DNA from: a virus
Taxonomy: Duplodnaviria; Caudoviricetes
IMG/VR virus record: IMGVR_UViG_3300014720_000044
Coordinates: 1 to 55,958 of that record
Reading direction: 5' to 3' (one strand)
DNA length: 55,958 nt
Of the stretch, positions 18,650 through 30,600 are shown one piece after another; within the stretch, counting starts at the first letter, position 1; each line of letters begins with the position of its first letter. Under the pieces are notes generated by a model that was given only the letters and a program-made list of their open reading frames with translations, was not told the DNA's origin and ran no database searches. The translations under genes and the position numbers were made by a program.

Positions 18650-19765
18650 ATGTCGGAAGAGATTAAGAAAAATCAACCAGGTGCAGGTGGCGTTCCAGGA
18701 AATTTTAATGGAGAAGGTGCCTTTGCCTCTGGAGGTATTGGTGGTGTAACAAATCCAGGTGCAGATACACTTGGCAACATCCCAACCGCAAACCTTGGTG
18801 TTACAACTGGTCCTAATGCCGTAAATCCTTCGGGTGATGCTGCAAGCGGAATTCTGCGTCCTGAACAGGCACAGCGTTTTATTGACTATGTCTGGGATGC
18901 AACTGTTCTCGCTCAAGATGGTCGTCGTGTGACGATGAGAGCGAACACTATGGAATTGGAAAAGATTAACGTAGGTGAGCGTGTTATCCGTGCTGCTGCT
19001 CAAGCAAGCGGTGCATACACAAACACTGGCGCTACTTTTTCTAAGGTAGAACTAACAACTAAGAAACTTCGCCTTGATTGGGAAGTTTCTGCTGAAGCAC
19101 TAGAAGACAATGTCGAGGGGGCTGCGTTAGAAGATCATCTTGTAAGATTGATGACTAATGCGTTCGGTAATGACATTGAAGATCTTGCTATCAATGGCGA
19201 CGAAGCAACTGCTCCGTTCCTTTCAATCATGAAGGGATTTATCAAGCGTCACAAGGATAATGGCGACTCACACGAGTCTGTCGTTACCGTTGCTGACAAC
19301 GCTTGGACACCAGAAGTAATGCAAAATGTTATTCTAGCAATGCCACGTAAGTACCGTGCACTTAAGAACAATCTTAAGTTCTACGCAGGTACAGATGCCT
19401 TTGCTGGTATCGTAAAGCACAACGGAACACTCGCTGATGCAGTAGCAGAAGCGTTTGCTGGTCGTGTTGCTGGTACATCCGCAAACCGTCAAGCATATCT
19501 TGATGGTGGCGCACAGACATTCGGTGGAGCACGTACAACACGTGTCCTCGGAATCGATGTACAAGAAGTTCCTTACTACCCTGCAGGATATGTCGATTTG
19601 ACATTCCCACAGAACCGTGTTTGGGGCTTCCAGCGTGATATCGTCGTCAACCGTGAATATGTAGCGAAGAAGGACACAATTGAATACACAGTATTCGTCC
19701 GCTTCGGTATTCAATGGGAAGAAGAAGACGCAATCGCCTGGGCAGACGCTGCTGCAGATGCATAA
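18650..19765 (+). CDS. Major capsid protein (HK97-like fold)
   Basis: GGAGGTG RBS; GILRPEQAQRFID, EALEDNVEG, DIEDLAINGD; position after the protease; followed by a terminator. Confidence 0.92.
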   Translation: MSEEIKKNQPGAGGVPGNFNGEGAFASGGIGGVTNPGADTLGNIPTANLGVTTGPNAVNPSGDAASGILRPEQAQRFIDYVWDATVLAQDGRRVTMRANTMELEKINVGERVIRAAAQASGAYTNTGATFSKVELTTKKLRLDWEVSAEALEDNVEGAALEDHLVRLMTNAFGNDIEDLAINGDEATAPFLSIMKGFIKRHKDNGDSHESVVTVADNAWTPEVMQNVILAMPRKYRALKNNLKFYAGTDAFAGIVKHNGTLADAVAEAFAGRVAGTSANRQAYLDGGAQTFGGARTTRVLGIDVQEVPYYPAGYVDLTFPQNRVWGFQRDIVVNREYVAKKDTIEYTVFVRFGIQWEEEDAIAWADAAADA

Positions 19766-19783
19766 TCTGTAATCAGTATCTTT

Positions 19784-19824
19784 TGAGAGGGGCAGGGGTT
19801 AGAACTCCTCCCCCTCTTATCTTT
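19784..19824 (+). terminator. Probable intrinsic terminator after the capsid gene
   Basis: GC-rich hairpin TGAGAGGGGCAGGGGTT/AACTCCTCCCCCTCTTA followed by TCTTT. Confidence 0.7.
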
Positions 19825-19831
19825 AGTATTC

Positions 19832-19840
19832 TGTTATAAT
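19832..19840 (+). promoter_or_regulatory. Extended -10 element TGTTATAAT
   Basis: Directly after the terminator and before a GGAGG RBS. Confidence 0.65.
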
Positions 19841-19861
19841 AGACACACAGGAGGTATATAA

Positions 19862-20311
19862 ATGTCAGAAGAAAATAATGAACAAATAATTGAAACTCCA
19901 ATTATTGAAGAAGCATCAGTTATTGAACCAGCACCAATTATCGAAGAGGCTCCAGTTTTTGAACCAGCCCCACATATTGTTGTTGAGGCACCACAGCCAC
20001 AACCAGAAGAAAATGTTATCACTGCACCATCTTTCCCAGTATCGGAAGTTCCAGCAATTGGAATTGTAGAGCATGGGGTTATTGGATCAACTGTTGCACC
20101 AGTCGCATCAGTAGTGCCAAAGCCTGAAAAACAAAAGGTAAAAGAGGAAACAGTGGCATTGTTCTCTACCAAGAATGTATCATGGTCAGAGGCTGGTAAG
20201 GTATATCGTGGATATAACTTTGTTTCAAAATCAGAAGCAGACAAATGGCTAACTCGTGATCATATTCGCTTGGCTACGCCAGAAGAAGTTGCAAAGGAAT
20301 TTGGTAAGTAA
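19862..20311 (+). CDS. Hypothetical head-associated protein with acidic Pro-rich N-terminus
   Basis: GGAGG RBS; IIEEA-type low complexity followed by a small globular domain. Confidence 0.7.
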   Translation: MSEENNEQIIETPIIEEASVIEPAPIIEEAPVFEPAPHIVVEAPQPQPEENVITAPSFPVSEVPAIGIVEHGVIGSTVAPVASVVPKPEKQKVKEETVALFSTKNVSWSEAGKVYRGYNFVSKSEADKWLTRDHIRLATPEEVAKEFGK

Positions 20312-20313
20312 TA

Positions 20314-21195
20314 ATGGAGATATTGAGAGTTCCGCCATATCCTGTATCAGTTGAGATAGAAATGCCAAGCGCATCAACATCTTATAACTATACAGTTACT
20401 GATTTGGCGGACTCCTCAACAGTAACAGGATCTGTAACTTCCAATGCCAATGAAATTGTTACAATAAATTTGCCATCAGGATATGATGATGACTATGAAG
20501 TAAAAGTAGGAAGCGTTACGGAATATTATTCTTTGAGACGCCCATATGTAAACCCGAACACAAAAGGTCAAACTGCGTCTGAAATTGCTGAGTACGCAAA
20601 AAATGAAGAACTAGCAAGAGCAATAGTTGACTCTGTCTTAGCAGATCAAGAATTTTATTTTAAAAAGACAGTATTTGAGACAACTGGTTTGGGCGCTGAC
20701 TATTTACCAATCTGGGATAAAGCAACAAAAATTTTAAAGGTTTATGAAAATAATGTATTAGTTTGGGATGCAGAAAATCCAGAAGACTATGAGTATGAAT
20801 ATGGTTTAACTGATGACGGAACTGCGGTAACTATAGTCTATCCAGATGCGATAAATAAAGATGAATCTGCTCCAATTATGTTGCCATCAAGCAATACCGA
20901 CTTGACAGAGTTTCAATTAAGTTACAGAGGATTTCCTAAAACATTTGATTATAAGGTAGTTATGGAAATTGGATATAAGGTCGTTCCTTCTGATATTGCT
21001 CGTGCAACAGAATTATTGATAGAAGATATTTCTTGTGGAAAACTTGATTATTATAAGAGATATATTAATCAATATAATACCGATCAATTTAGAATTCAAT
21101 TCGATAAGGCTGTTTTTGAGGGGACAGGAAATCTAATAGTAGATAAGATACTATCCAAGTACTCTAAGTCTATTAACTTTATTGGGGTGCTGTAA
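20314..21195 (+). CDS. Probable head-tail adaptor
   Basis: Position; C-terminal GY..VPSDI..AT..LI and GTGN..VD.IL..Y pattern. Confidence 0.65.
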   Translation: MEILRVPPYPVSVEIEMPSASTSYNYTVTDLADSSTVTGSVTSNANEIVTINLPSGYDDDYEVKVGSVTEYYSLRRPYVNPNTKGQTASEIAEYAKNEELARAIVDSVLADQEFYFKKTVFETTGLGADYLPIWDKATKILKVYENNVLVWDAENPEDYEYEYGLTDDGTAVTIVYPDAINKDESAPIMLPSSNTDLTEFQLSYRGFPKTFDYKVVMEIGYKVVPSDIARATELLIEDISCGKLDYYKRYINQYNTDQFRIQFDKAVFEGTGNLIVDKILSKYSKSINFIGVL

Positions 21196-21644
21196 TGGTA
21201 GTATGCGAAACAACAGACTTCGCCTTCCCCATGCTTGCAGATGTTTATCATCCAATTGTAGAGCAGGGAGTTTATGGAGAAGTTAAAAAGACTTGGATCT
21301 TAGATAGAACTATAGCCTGCTCTTTTAATGCAGCAGGAACAGCATTTAAAGAAGAAGTTCAGCCAAATATAAATATTACACAAGATAAAATTTTGTTAGG
21401 TCGTGTTAAAACAGATATACGTATGTCAAGCCTAGAAGCAAGAAATTCTATAACAAATGTAATAGTAACAAATATTCGTGATAAAAATGGAAATCATATT
21501 CACATGGAAACTTCTGGCCCAAGAGCAGGCAAGTCAACTATATTTGAAATAGCAACACAAGATCCTTTTTCTGGTCCATTTGGTAATGTAGAATATTATA
21601 AATTAGTTATTCGTAGATCTGAAAATCAGGCGGTAGACGTATGA
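21195..21644 (+). CDS. Probable head closure/stopper protein
   Basis: Size, position and beta-rich pattern; coupled start/stop. Confidence 0.55.
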   Translation: MVVCETTDFAFPMLADVYHPIVEQGVYGEVKKTWILDRTIACSFNAAGTAFKEEVQPNINITQDKILLGRVKTDIRMSSLEARNSITNVIVTNIRDKNGNHIHMETSGPRAGKSTIFEIATQDPFSGPFGNVEYYKLVIRRSENQAVDV

Positions 21645-22315
21645 TAATTAAATTTAATAATGCTGCTTTCAAAAAAGATATGAAGAATATCATAGACTAC
21701 TCTGTTGGATTTTTGGATGGAGTTCAGGGTGGCAAAAAGGCATTTTTAAAAATGCTTGGTTTAGAGACAGTAGAATTAATGAAAGAGTATATTGATTCTA
21801 GTGCAAGAGTTAATCCTCAAATATTGCATCATGTTTATGAATGGGAGAGAACAGGTAGTCCAGATGCAAGACTATATGATATTCAATATACCGTAAGCAA
21901 TCTTGGACTTTCCTTTAATTCTACTTTTAAGCAATCAACATCTATTAAAAATGGATCCCGTGTACCATTTTATGATAAAGCAAGAATTATGGAAAATGGA
22001 ATTCCAGTAACTATTAGACCAACCAGAGCGCAAGTTTTGGCTTTTGATATAAATGGAGAAGAGATTTTTACAAAACAACCAGTAGAAGTTTTAAATCCTG
22101 GAGGGGCAGAGGTGGAAGGTGGTTTTGAAAGAACATTCAATTCTTTCTTTAATAAATTTTTTACGCAAGCATTTTTAAGAGTAAGTGGTGTTGCACAATA
22201 TTTAGAAAATCCTATAGTATATAAAAAGAATTTACGTGCTGGTAAAAAGGGCGGTAAGGCAAAAGGATATCAAACAGGATATCGATGGATTGCAAGCGCA
22301 GGAGTTGGAAGATGA
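21641..22315 (+). CDS. Probable neck/tail completion protein
   Basis: Synteny only; ATGA overlap. Confidence 0.5.
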   Translation: MIIKFNNAAFKKDMKNIIDYSVGFLDGVQGGKKAFLKMLGLETVELMKEYIDSSARVNPQILHHVYEWERTGSPDARLYDIQYTVSNLGLSFNSTFKQSTSIKNGSRVPFYDKARIMENGIPVTIRPTRAQVLAFDINGEEIFTKQPVEVLNPGGAEVEGGFERTFNSFFNKFFTQAFLRVSGVAQYLENPIVYKKNLRAGKKGGKAKGYQTGYRWIASAGVGR

Positions 22316-22833
22316 CAGAATCAACATCAGTATTAAATACACCAGTTTTATGGATTAATCAATATCTTAAGGAAAAGATTACTTTGCTTACTGATTTAGA
22401 AGATGTTCCATTTTTCCCAACAGGTCCATCAACTTTAGAAACATTACAGAAGCAATTCCCAGAAGGTGGGACTATGGCTGTATGGGATAGAATGAAGAAG
22501 ATGCGCCGTGGCCCATTTCCACATATTAAATGTGAGCAGGTTTTATATTATTTCTATGCTACAGGAGAAAGTCCAAGCCTAAAAATGATACAAATTCAAG
22601 AGGCAGTTTTAAGGCTTTTAGACCGTGGAGATGAAAGTGCGAAAGATGTAAATGAATGGTCTAAAGGTAAAACTTTTGACGGAATGGGATGTAAGTTTTA
22701 CTTTCATGACTTTAAGATATATCAGTTAGAAGAGGCACGAGATATAGTTGACTTTGGAACAGCCCGAACATATGCGGGAAATAAGATAATTATCGACTAT
22801 GACTACCATCAAATGCAAGATATTATAGGGTAA
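22312..22833 (+). CDS. Probable tail terminator protein
   Basis: Immediately before the major tail gene; start moved to ATG 22312 (GGAG RBS, ATGA overlap). Confidence 0.55.
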   Translation: MTESTSVLNTPVLWINQYLKEKITLLTDLEDVPFFPTGPSTLETLQKQFPEGGTMAVWDRMKKMRRGPFPHIKCEQVLYYFYATGESPSLKMIQIQEAVLRLLDRGDESAKDVNEWSKGKTFDGMGCKFYFHDFKIYQLEEARDIVDFGTARTYAGNKIIIDYDYHQMQDIIG

Positions 22834-22914
22834 ATAATTTCATAAAAGGCTTGTATACTTAGAACTGAGGAAACACGCCTTTTATTTCTATAGAAAAAAA
22901 GAGGTGAAATATAA

Positions 22915-23541
22915 ATGGCTCTAGGTAATAGTAATAACATTATCGTAGGTGCAGCCCAACTATGGGTGCACGAGGCAGGTCCGTTAGCGGTTGGTGGTAA
23001 TCCAGCATTCGTTTCGGGCACAAAATACGCTACAACCATGGACGGAGATTCAGATTTCCGTAGCATTGGTTATACAATGAATGGTTTGGAAATTTCTTTC
23101 CAGCCAGATTTCGGTGAAGTTGCTGTTGATCAGGTTCTTGACGTTGCTAAGTTGTTCAAGCAAGGCATGCAGGTTAACCTAAATACAGCATTCGCAGAAG
23201 CAACATTGGAAAATCTTCTAATCGCCGTCGCAGGTGGTTCAGCAGATTTGACAGGTGACAAGGCAACATCAAATGGCCAGATCTTCAACATGAAGGCTGG
23301 TACACTCGGTGAGTGTCCTGTTGAGCGTGGTCTCGTTGCAGTAGGCCCAGGAACTGGTGATTGCGATGAAGGTTCAAATAAGGAAAGAGTTTATGTTGCA
23401 TATCGTGCACTCTCAATTGAGAATGTTACAGTATCTGCAAAGCGTGACGAAGCCACAATGTTTGAAGTTTCATTCCGTCTTCTTCCAGAAGACAGCACAG
23501 GTTCTTATGGTAAGATCATTGATCGTACTGTAACACCATAA
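22915..23541 (+). CDS. Major tail tube protein
   Basis: NIIVGAA, GYTxNGLE, V-VDQ, AEATLENL and F-V-FRLLP pattern; GAGGTG RBS; followed by a terminator. Confidence 0.85.
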   Translation: MALGNSNNIIVGAAQLWVHEAGPLAVGGNPAFVSGTKYATTMDGDSDFRSIGYTMNGLEISFQPDFGEVAVDQVLDVAKLFKQGMQVNLNTAFAEATLENLLIAVAGGSADLTGDKATSNGQIFNMKAGTLGECPVERGLVAVGPGTGDCDEGSNKERVYVAYRALSIENVTVSAKRDEATMFEVSFRLLPEDSTGSYGKIIDRTVTP

Positions 23542-23560
23542 TACAATTTAATAGCAGATT

Positions 23561-23590
23561 GCCCAGTCGAAAGGCTGGGCTTTTCTGTTT
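23561..23590 (+). terminator. Intrinsic terminator after the major tail gene
   Basis: GCCCAGTC-GAAA-GGCTGGGC stem-loop followed by TTTTCTGTTT. Confidence 0.85.
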
Positions 23591-23604
23591 GGTATAATGA
23601 ATAT

Positions 23605-24288
23605 ATGGCTACAACAATTTATGATAGTGCTTATATTAATTTAATAGATGGTACTAATATTTATATAACACCTTTAAAAATAAAATACCTACGTGAATTT
23701 TTAGTAGTTTTTGAAGATGTTAAAGAAACAAGGGGTGATGAGCAGGCAATCGCTGCACTTGCTAAATGTGCTTTAGTTGCTATGAAACAATATTATCCTG
23801 AAATAAAAACAATAGAGCAATTAGAAGATAGCGTAGATCTTCCAACTATTTATAAAATATTGGATATCGCAGCGGGTATAAAAATAGATAATAATTCTCA
23901 GGAAGAAGTAAAGACTCAGGCTACTGAAAGCGGATCCACTTGGGATACATTAGATTTAGTTAAACTAGAATCAGAAGTATTTCTATTGGGAATATGGAAA
24001 GATTATGAAGAACTTGAAACCTCGATGTCAATGCCAGAATTAACAGCAACCTTAAATATTAAAAGAGAATTAGATTATGCGGATAAAAAGTTTTATGCAG
24101 CAATACAGGGTGTTGACCTAGACAAGAATACTAAAAAGACTAATGCCTGGGAAGACATGAAGGCCAGGGTATTTAGTAAAGGTAAGGCTACAGACTCAAA
24201 TGACATCATGGCACTACAAGGAATTAATGCACAGCAGGCAGGGTTTGGAATTGGCATGGGCCTAGATTATGAGGAAATAAAAGACTAA
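23605..24288 (+). CDS. Tail assembly chaperone, long (GT-like) form
   Basis: N-terminal ~95 aa paralogous to 24339..24665, plus a C-terminal extension; ATG 6 nt after TGGTATAAT (23590-23598), no RBS. Confidence 0.7.
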   Translation: MATTIYDSAYINLIDGTNIYITPLKIKYLREFLVVFEDVKETRGDEQAIAALAKCALVAMKQYYPEIKTIEQLEDSVDLPTIYKILDIAAGIKIDNNSQEEVKTQATESGSTWDTLDLVKLESEVFLLGIWKDYEELETSMSMPELTATLNIKRELDYADKKFYAAIQGVDLDKNTKKTNAWEDMKARVFSKGKATDSNDIMALQGINAQQAGFGIGMGLDYEEIKD

Positions 24289-24338
24289 AAATAAAGGCTC
24301 CTTATGGTATAATTGACTTAACCTTATAAGGAGGAACA

Positions 24339-24665
24339 ATGGCTACAAATGTGCAAGAAGAAAAGACAATCGTACTGATTGACGGCACAAAAATTAAAGT
24401 AAGACCACTTAAGATATCACTACTTCGTCCATTTATGAAGAAGTTTGAAGGTATCGCAGCAGTGGCTGAAGATAATGAAAAATCAATGAACCTTCTCATG
24501 GAATGTGTTGCAATTGCTATGCAGCAATACAAGCCAGAGTTGGCGGAAGATTCTGCTGCTCTTGAAGAGAATCTAGATCTTCCAACAGTTTATAAGATCG
24601 TTGAAGAGGCTTCTGGTATCAAACTAACCGATGCTTCTTTAATCAGTAATCTTGTAAATGCATAA
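24339..24665 (+). CDS. Tail assembly chaperone, short (G-like) form
   Basis: Between the tail tube and TMP genes; own TGGTATAAT (24305-24313) and AAGGAGG RBS. Confidence 0.75.
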   Translation: MATNVQEEKTIVLIDGTKIKVRPLKISLLRPFMKKFEGIAAVAEDNEKSMNLLMECVAIAMQQYKPELAEDSAALEENLDLPTVYKIVEEASGIKLTDASLISNLVNA

Positions 24666-24693
24666 AAAATAAAATCTAAAGAGGTGCAATGGA

Positions 24694-27600
24694 ATGGCTG
24701 ATGTTCAATCGAATATTCATGTAAATATCGATACGTCTGAAGCGTTAGCCAGTATCAAACTTCTACAAAAGCAGATATCAGCATTCCATGCATCTATGGC
24801 GAAAAGTGGCGCTGCAGCAGCAGCCGTCTCCGCCAATATGCAGCAAAACCTAATAAACTCTCTTAATGCTACAGGCAAATGGTCTGCTTCTATGCGGACA
24901 GTTAAGACTACAACAGAATCATTTACAAATGCCCTAGAAAAAAATAAACTTTCAATGCGAGAATACTTTAGGTATTCTGCTGGAGCAACAAGAACATTTG
25001 GAAGATTTTTTAAATCAGAATTTGATACTATCAATAAGGTAGCAAGAGAACGAGTAAAAGATTTACAGACACAATATATAAAGATGGGTCGTGATGCAAA
25101 CGGTGCAATGAAGGCTATTGCCGTTAGACCACTAGCCCTAGACATGAAGAATCTTGGTACTCAAACTGCAATAGCAGCACAGAGACAGGCTATGCTTAAT
25201 CAATTGTTGAAGCAAGGCTCAACAAATATGCTTAATTTTGGTAAGAATACTCAGTGGGCTGGACGTCAGTTAATGGTTGGTTTTACAGTTCCTTTGGCTT
25301 ACCTTGGAACTGCAGCAGCAAAAACATTCATGAAGTTAGAAGAACAAGCAATTAGATTTAAGCGTGTTTACGGAGAGTTGTTTACAACTGGTCAAGAAAC
25401 TGATAAGATGCTTGCAGAGATACAGTTACTTGCAAAAGAATTTACTAAGTACGGCGTTGCTGTTGAAAAGACTATGGAGATGGCTGCAACAGCAGCAGCA
25501 AGCGGTAAGATGGGGGCAGAACTTCTTGCACAGGTTAATGAGGGAACAAGACTTGCAGTCCTTGGTGGAGTTGAACAAGAGCAAGCATTAGAAACAACTA
25601 TATCTTTAACTAATGCATTTGGTTTAGCAGCAGAAGAGTTAGCGGGTAAGATTAACTTTCTTAACGCAGTTGAAAACCAGACCGTCGTATCTATTGAAGA
25701 TTTAACAATTGCAATTCCAAAAGCGGGTCCAGTTGTAAAACAATTAGGTAGAGATGTAGAAGATCTAGCATTCTTCTTAACTGCAATGAAAGAAGGCGGT
25801 ATCAATGCATCGGAAGGCGCTAACGCACTTAAGTCTGGTTTAGCATCTTTGATTAACCCAACAGACAAAGCAAGCAAGATGCTTGCTGGCATGGGTGTAA
25901 ATATAAATGGAATTGTTGAAGCAAACAAGGGAAATGTTAAAGGCATCGTAATTGATTTTGCTAATGCTTTAAATACCTTAGACCCACTAAATCGTGCTCG
26001 TGCAATTGAACAATTATTTGGAAAATTTCAGTTCTCACGTTTGTCAACATTATTCCAAAATGTTATTCAACAAGGAAATCAGGCAAGTCGTGTTTTAACT
26101 TTAACACAAGCAACCACAGAAGAACTTGCTATATTGGCAGAACGAGAACTAGGAAGAGTAGAAGAATCTACTACTTATAAATTTAAGAAGGCCATAGAAG
26201 ATCTAAAAGTAACTCTTGCTCCAGTTGGAGAAGAATTCCTTAAGGCAATCACTCCAGTAGCAGAATTTGTTGGAAAGATGCTAGAAAAGTTTAATAATCT
26301 TGGCGACGGGACAAAGAAATTTGTTGTTATATTAACAACTCTGTTAGGTGGAATAGGTCCTATATTCCTAATGTCCTTTGGTCTTTTGGCTAACGGTTTG
26401 GCTAATATTATTAAACTATTTGTAAGCATGAAATCTGTTTTCAATCGTACTGGTCAATCTTCAACCATTTTAGGAAATCAAACTCAATTTTTAACAGTAG
26501 AGCAGGCTCAGGCAGCAGCAGTAGCATCATCACTTGATCAAGTGCATGTAAAACTACAACAAACATTTACTTCTGAAGCAGCAGCCCTAAATGCATTAAC
26601 TCAGGCGTATCAAAGAGCAATAACTGCACAAAGAGGTTTTGGTGGAGGAATAATTGGAAAGGGTCGTAAAGGATTTGCTTCAGGAACTAAAAAGGTAAAA
26701 CCATTTTATTTTTCAAGAGGAACAGACACAGTTCCTGCAATGCTTACGCCTGGAGAAGCAGTAATACCAGCAGGTCCAGCACAAGATCCTGCAAACAAAC
26801 CAGCAATTTCTCATATGATTGCAGGCGGAACTATGAAGCAATTTGCTGTTGGAAATATTAATGTTGGTGGAACTAATTATCCAGTACAGGCTAGAAATAG
26901 ATCAAGCGTTACAGCAATACAGTCTATTGTTGATCAAAGTTTAGGAACTGTTGATGATGCAATTAAGATTTCTCTTAGAGAATTAGTAAACGAAACTAGA
27001 GTAACGGTTGCTAAATTTAAAGAACAAATGAGACTTACTCTTGCTTCACAAGGCAAAGTCGCAGGACCACTTTTTGCTAAGTCTGATTGGGAGACTAGGT
27101 CAAGATCATATAATGCAAGCGGTGCAGGAGAAAGAAGAACAATTCAAGATCAATTAAGATCAGATCCATCTAAAGGTGGAAGAGGAATTGTAGCAGGACA
27201 AGCAGAATTAGATCAGGCAAATGCAGCAGCAAAAGCAATTAAAGCAAAAATGACAGAACTAGGAGCAACACAAAAACAAATTAATGCTGCTGTTCAATTA
27301 GATAGAGCACATGTTATAGAAATGTCAAATTCTAAGAAAAAATTATTGGCTGCATGGCATTCAGATGTATGGGTTGCTCAAACGGGCGCAGAGAATAATT
27401 TATCAAACTCATTAAAAAATTCAGAAAAAAATAGAAGAATTTATTTAGATGTATTAAAAAAGTCTGGAGCAACTCAGGCAGAAATTACTGCCATAACTGA
27501 TAAAGTTACAAAAGGTATTGCTTTAACAGGAAAAGAGTTGGAGATTCAGGGCAAGGTTCTTGCCAAAATAAATGCTGATATCGCATCTGGTCAAATCAAA

Positions 27601-30600
27601 GCAACATCAGTATCTAAAAACTTTAGACTTTATTCTGCAGCAGTTGCAGAAGCAGCAACAGCAAGAACTGCAGTTACAAAATCTCAAGGTCCTAAAATTG
27701 TAGCAGCAACAAAAAGAACAGAGGCCGAACTAAGAAGAGGAATTGAGAGAATTGCTCTTGCTATGCCAAAGGCTGCTGAAGAAGTTTTGCAGGTTGCGTC
27801 TCCGTCAAAAAGAATGCAAAAAGTTGGTCAAGAATCTGGTCGTGGTTTAGTTCTTGGAGCAAAAGAGTTTGTAGATGATGCAAGATTGGCTGGTACACAA
27901 TTAGGAACTGCAATTGCACAAGGAGCAATGTCTCAGTCTCAAATGGCAGCAGCATCAAGAGCAGCATTATATGGTACAGGTCCAATAGATCCAGCACAAA
28001 AGTCATTAAGAAGACAATTACAAAAACAAGCAAGATTAGATCGGATTGCACAAAAGAGACTATTCACTCAATCTAGTATTACTGGAATGGTCGCTGGTGG
28101 TGCAGCAGGCGGAGCAGCAGGTGGTGGAGGAAATAAAGGACGAGGTGGATTCTTTGGAAGATTCAGAAGACCAACTCCACAGGATCCAGATGGCGACGGT
28201 ATACCAAATCAAAGAGGCATTGGTATGGGTGGAGTCGGAATGGGTCTATCTATGGCAGCAATGGCTGGCTCTATGGCCCCTGGCAAGGTAGGAGAGATAT
28301 CTCAAAAATTAATGATGCCATTGATGATGTTGACAATGATAGGGCCTATGCTTAAGAGTCCAATTGGTGTAGCCGTTGTAGCAATAGGAGCCATGGCTGC
28401 TGCAATAATTAAATTAAGAATGGATTTTGATAAGGCTCAAGACTCTGCAATAAAATTAAGAGAGTCTATGATTGCAAGTAGAGACTCTATGCGTAACCTT
28501 GCCAAATTCTCTGGCAAAGTTACTGCTGGAGAAATTATGCAAAGAAGAAGTCAGGAAAGATTTGGATTAGTTGGCGCACAATCAGGAAAAACAACATTTG
28601 GAGAGTCTTACGTTCAAAGCAAAGAAGGCAAGGCAGTTATGGATGCCACAGTTGAATCATTAAAGACTCGTGGCGTCAAGTCTACAGGAGAAGATTTAAG
28701 CAATCAATTAATGAGCAGTGTCTTGGCGGGAGCGATAACTGCAGATCAGGCAAAATCAATAGCATTGAATATTGGACAAAAGACTGGGAATTATGGTTTA
28801 GGATTTTCAGTTACTGCTCAAATAAATGAATTAATTGGTCCTAATGGAGAAAATTTAGAAAAAGAACCCCTTGACATAAGAATGAAATTAATAGAGCAGA
28901 CAGAAAAACAAAATAAGCAATTATTTAATCAATTAGGAGATAGAGGCGTTGGCAGAGGCGGATTTATGAATCTTGGCGCAGTTAATCCAAAAGTTGCTTT
29001 AGGAGGAACAACCGCATTGGGTGCTGGTATAGGCGCTGCAATTGGAACAGCAATACTTCCAGGAGTAGGAACTGTTATAGGAACTGGATTAGGTGCTATT
29101 GCAGGTGCTACTACTGGATATTTTGCAACCAGAAATGAAAATAAAAAAGCAGGTCAAATGTCTGGCGCTGTTGTTGCATCTCAAAAAGGTGCGATGGAAC
29201 AACAACAGGAAATGCTTGACTCCTTAGATATTTATTATGAAAAGAAGATAAAAGAACTTGAAGTAGAAGGAAAGATTGCGGAAGCAAAAGCCCTTCAGAT
29301 AAAATATGATCAAGATAGAAATACTCTAGTTGACAAAGGTGCACAACTTAGTAAGGACATAATGACAAGTTATGGCTCTACAAGGGGTAATGTTAGAAGT
29401 GCTATGGATACTGGAATAAATAAACTTCTAACTCAAAGATTTAAGGGTACTGATGAGATTCAATATTTAGATGCTGCTAAGACATTATTAGCAGGCTCTG
29501 GCCTAACTGCAGAACAGCAATATTTAATTAAAGTAAAAATGTCTACTGGAGAATTAACTCCAAGCCAGCAAGTATTTTTATTCAGTAACTTTGGAGATGA
29601 TAAAGAAACAATTCAAAGATATATGGACATCGTGACTAACTTTAGTGCAAGAACTGGAGAAAATGCTACACGTGTCATGAATATGTTTACTAATCCAGAT
29701 GGAACTCCTAATACAAAAATGCAAGCAGAGTTTATAACTAAAGTTTCTGATCAAACCGATGATGCAGCGGCATCTAAATATGTAAACTTCTTTGCTGAAG
29801 TAGCAAACACAAATGGCGTTTTTGATATGACAGCAGTTCTTAATTATTATCTCCAAAATCCAGAGGTAGCATCTAGTGTTCAAGATATAATTGATAATAT
29901 TGATAAGAATAAAGGAAAATTAACATTAGATGTAATGACAAACTTCCTTCCAGAAAATGTAATGGGAGCAATTGACAAGACTTACTTTGACAAATTATCT
30001 CAAGATGAAAGAATGACATACCTTAAAGAAATTGCAACAATAGTAAATATTCCAGATCCAGTAATTCAGGCAGACCCTGAGTTTTTAAAGTGGCAAAAAG
30101 AGGGTGCGAACTATAACGGAGTTTCTTATTCAGGTAAAAGTATTGGCGAGCAGGTTGCTGCATATAGACAATTTCAGCCTTGGAAGGTAACTCAAGAATC
30201 AATTCAGCAAGCAGCAACACTTGATCCAGGTAACAATAAAGGTCCTAGTAAAGGGCCAAACGCTTCACCATTAGATGATTTGGTTAAGAAACTAAGAGAT
30301 GTTCGCAAGAATCAAATAAAGGTAACAGAGGGTTGGGCTGCTTCCCGTAAAGTTTTAGATTCACTATTCGGTGGCAAAAAGACCATTGATATATTTGGCG
30401 GTATAGAACAAGACCTCAATCGTCTAGGAGCCAAGGGTAACTTCATTGAATTAATAGTTGGCATGGATCCAAAAGAGTATGAAAATCGCAAGAGATCATT
30501 ATTTAGGTTTGATAATAAAGATAATATTATTGGATTAAAACGTGATGCTAAAACAATTCAAGAAGCATTAAACTCAATAGTGCTTGGAGATTTTGTTTCT

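Noticed and set aside
17253-24300. AAAGGCT upstream of several -10 elements (about 17255, 22845, 24293) as a phage-specific promoter motif
   Set aside because: Distance to the -10 is inconsistent and there are too few instances.
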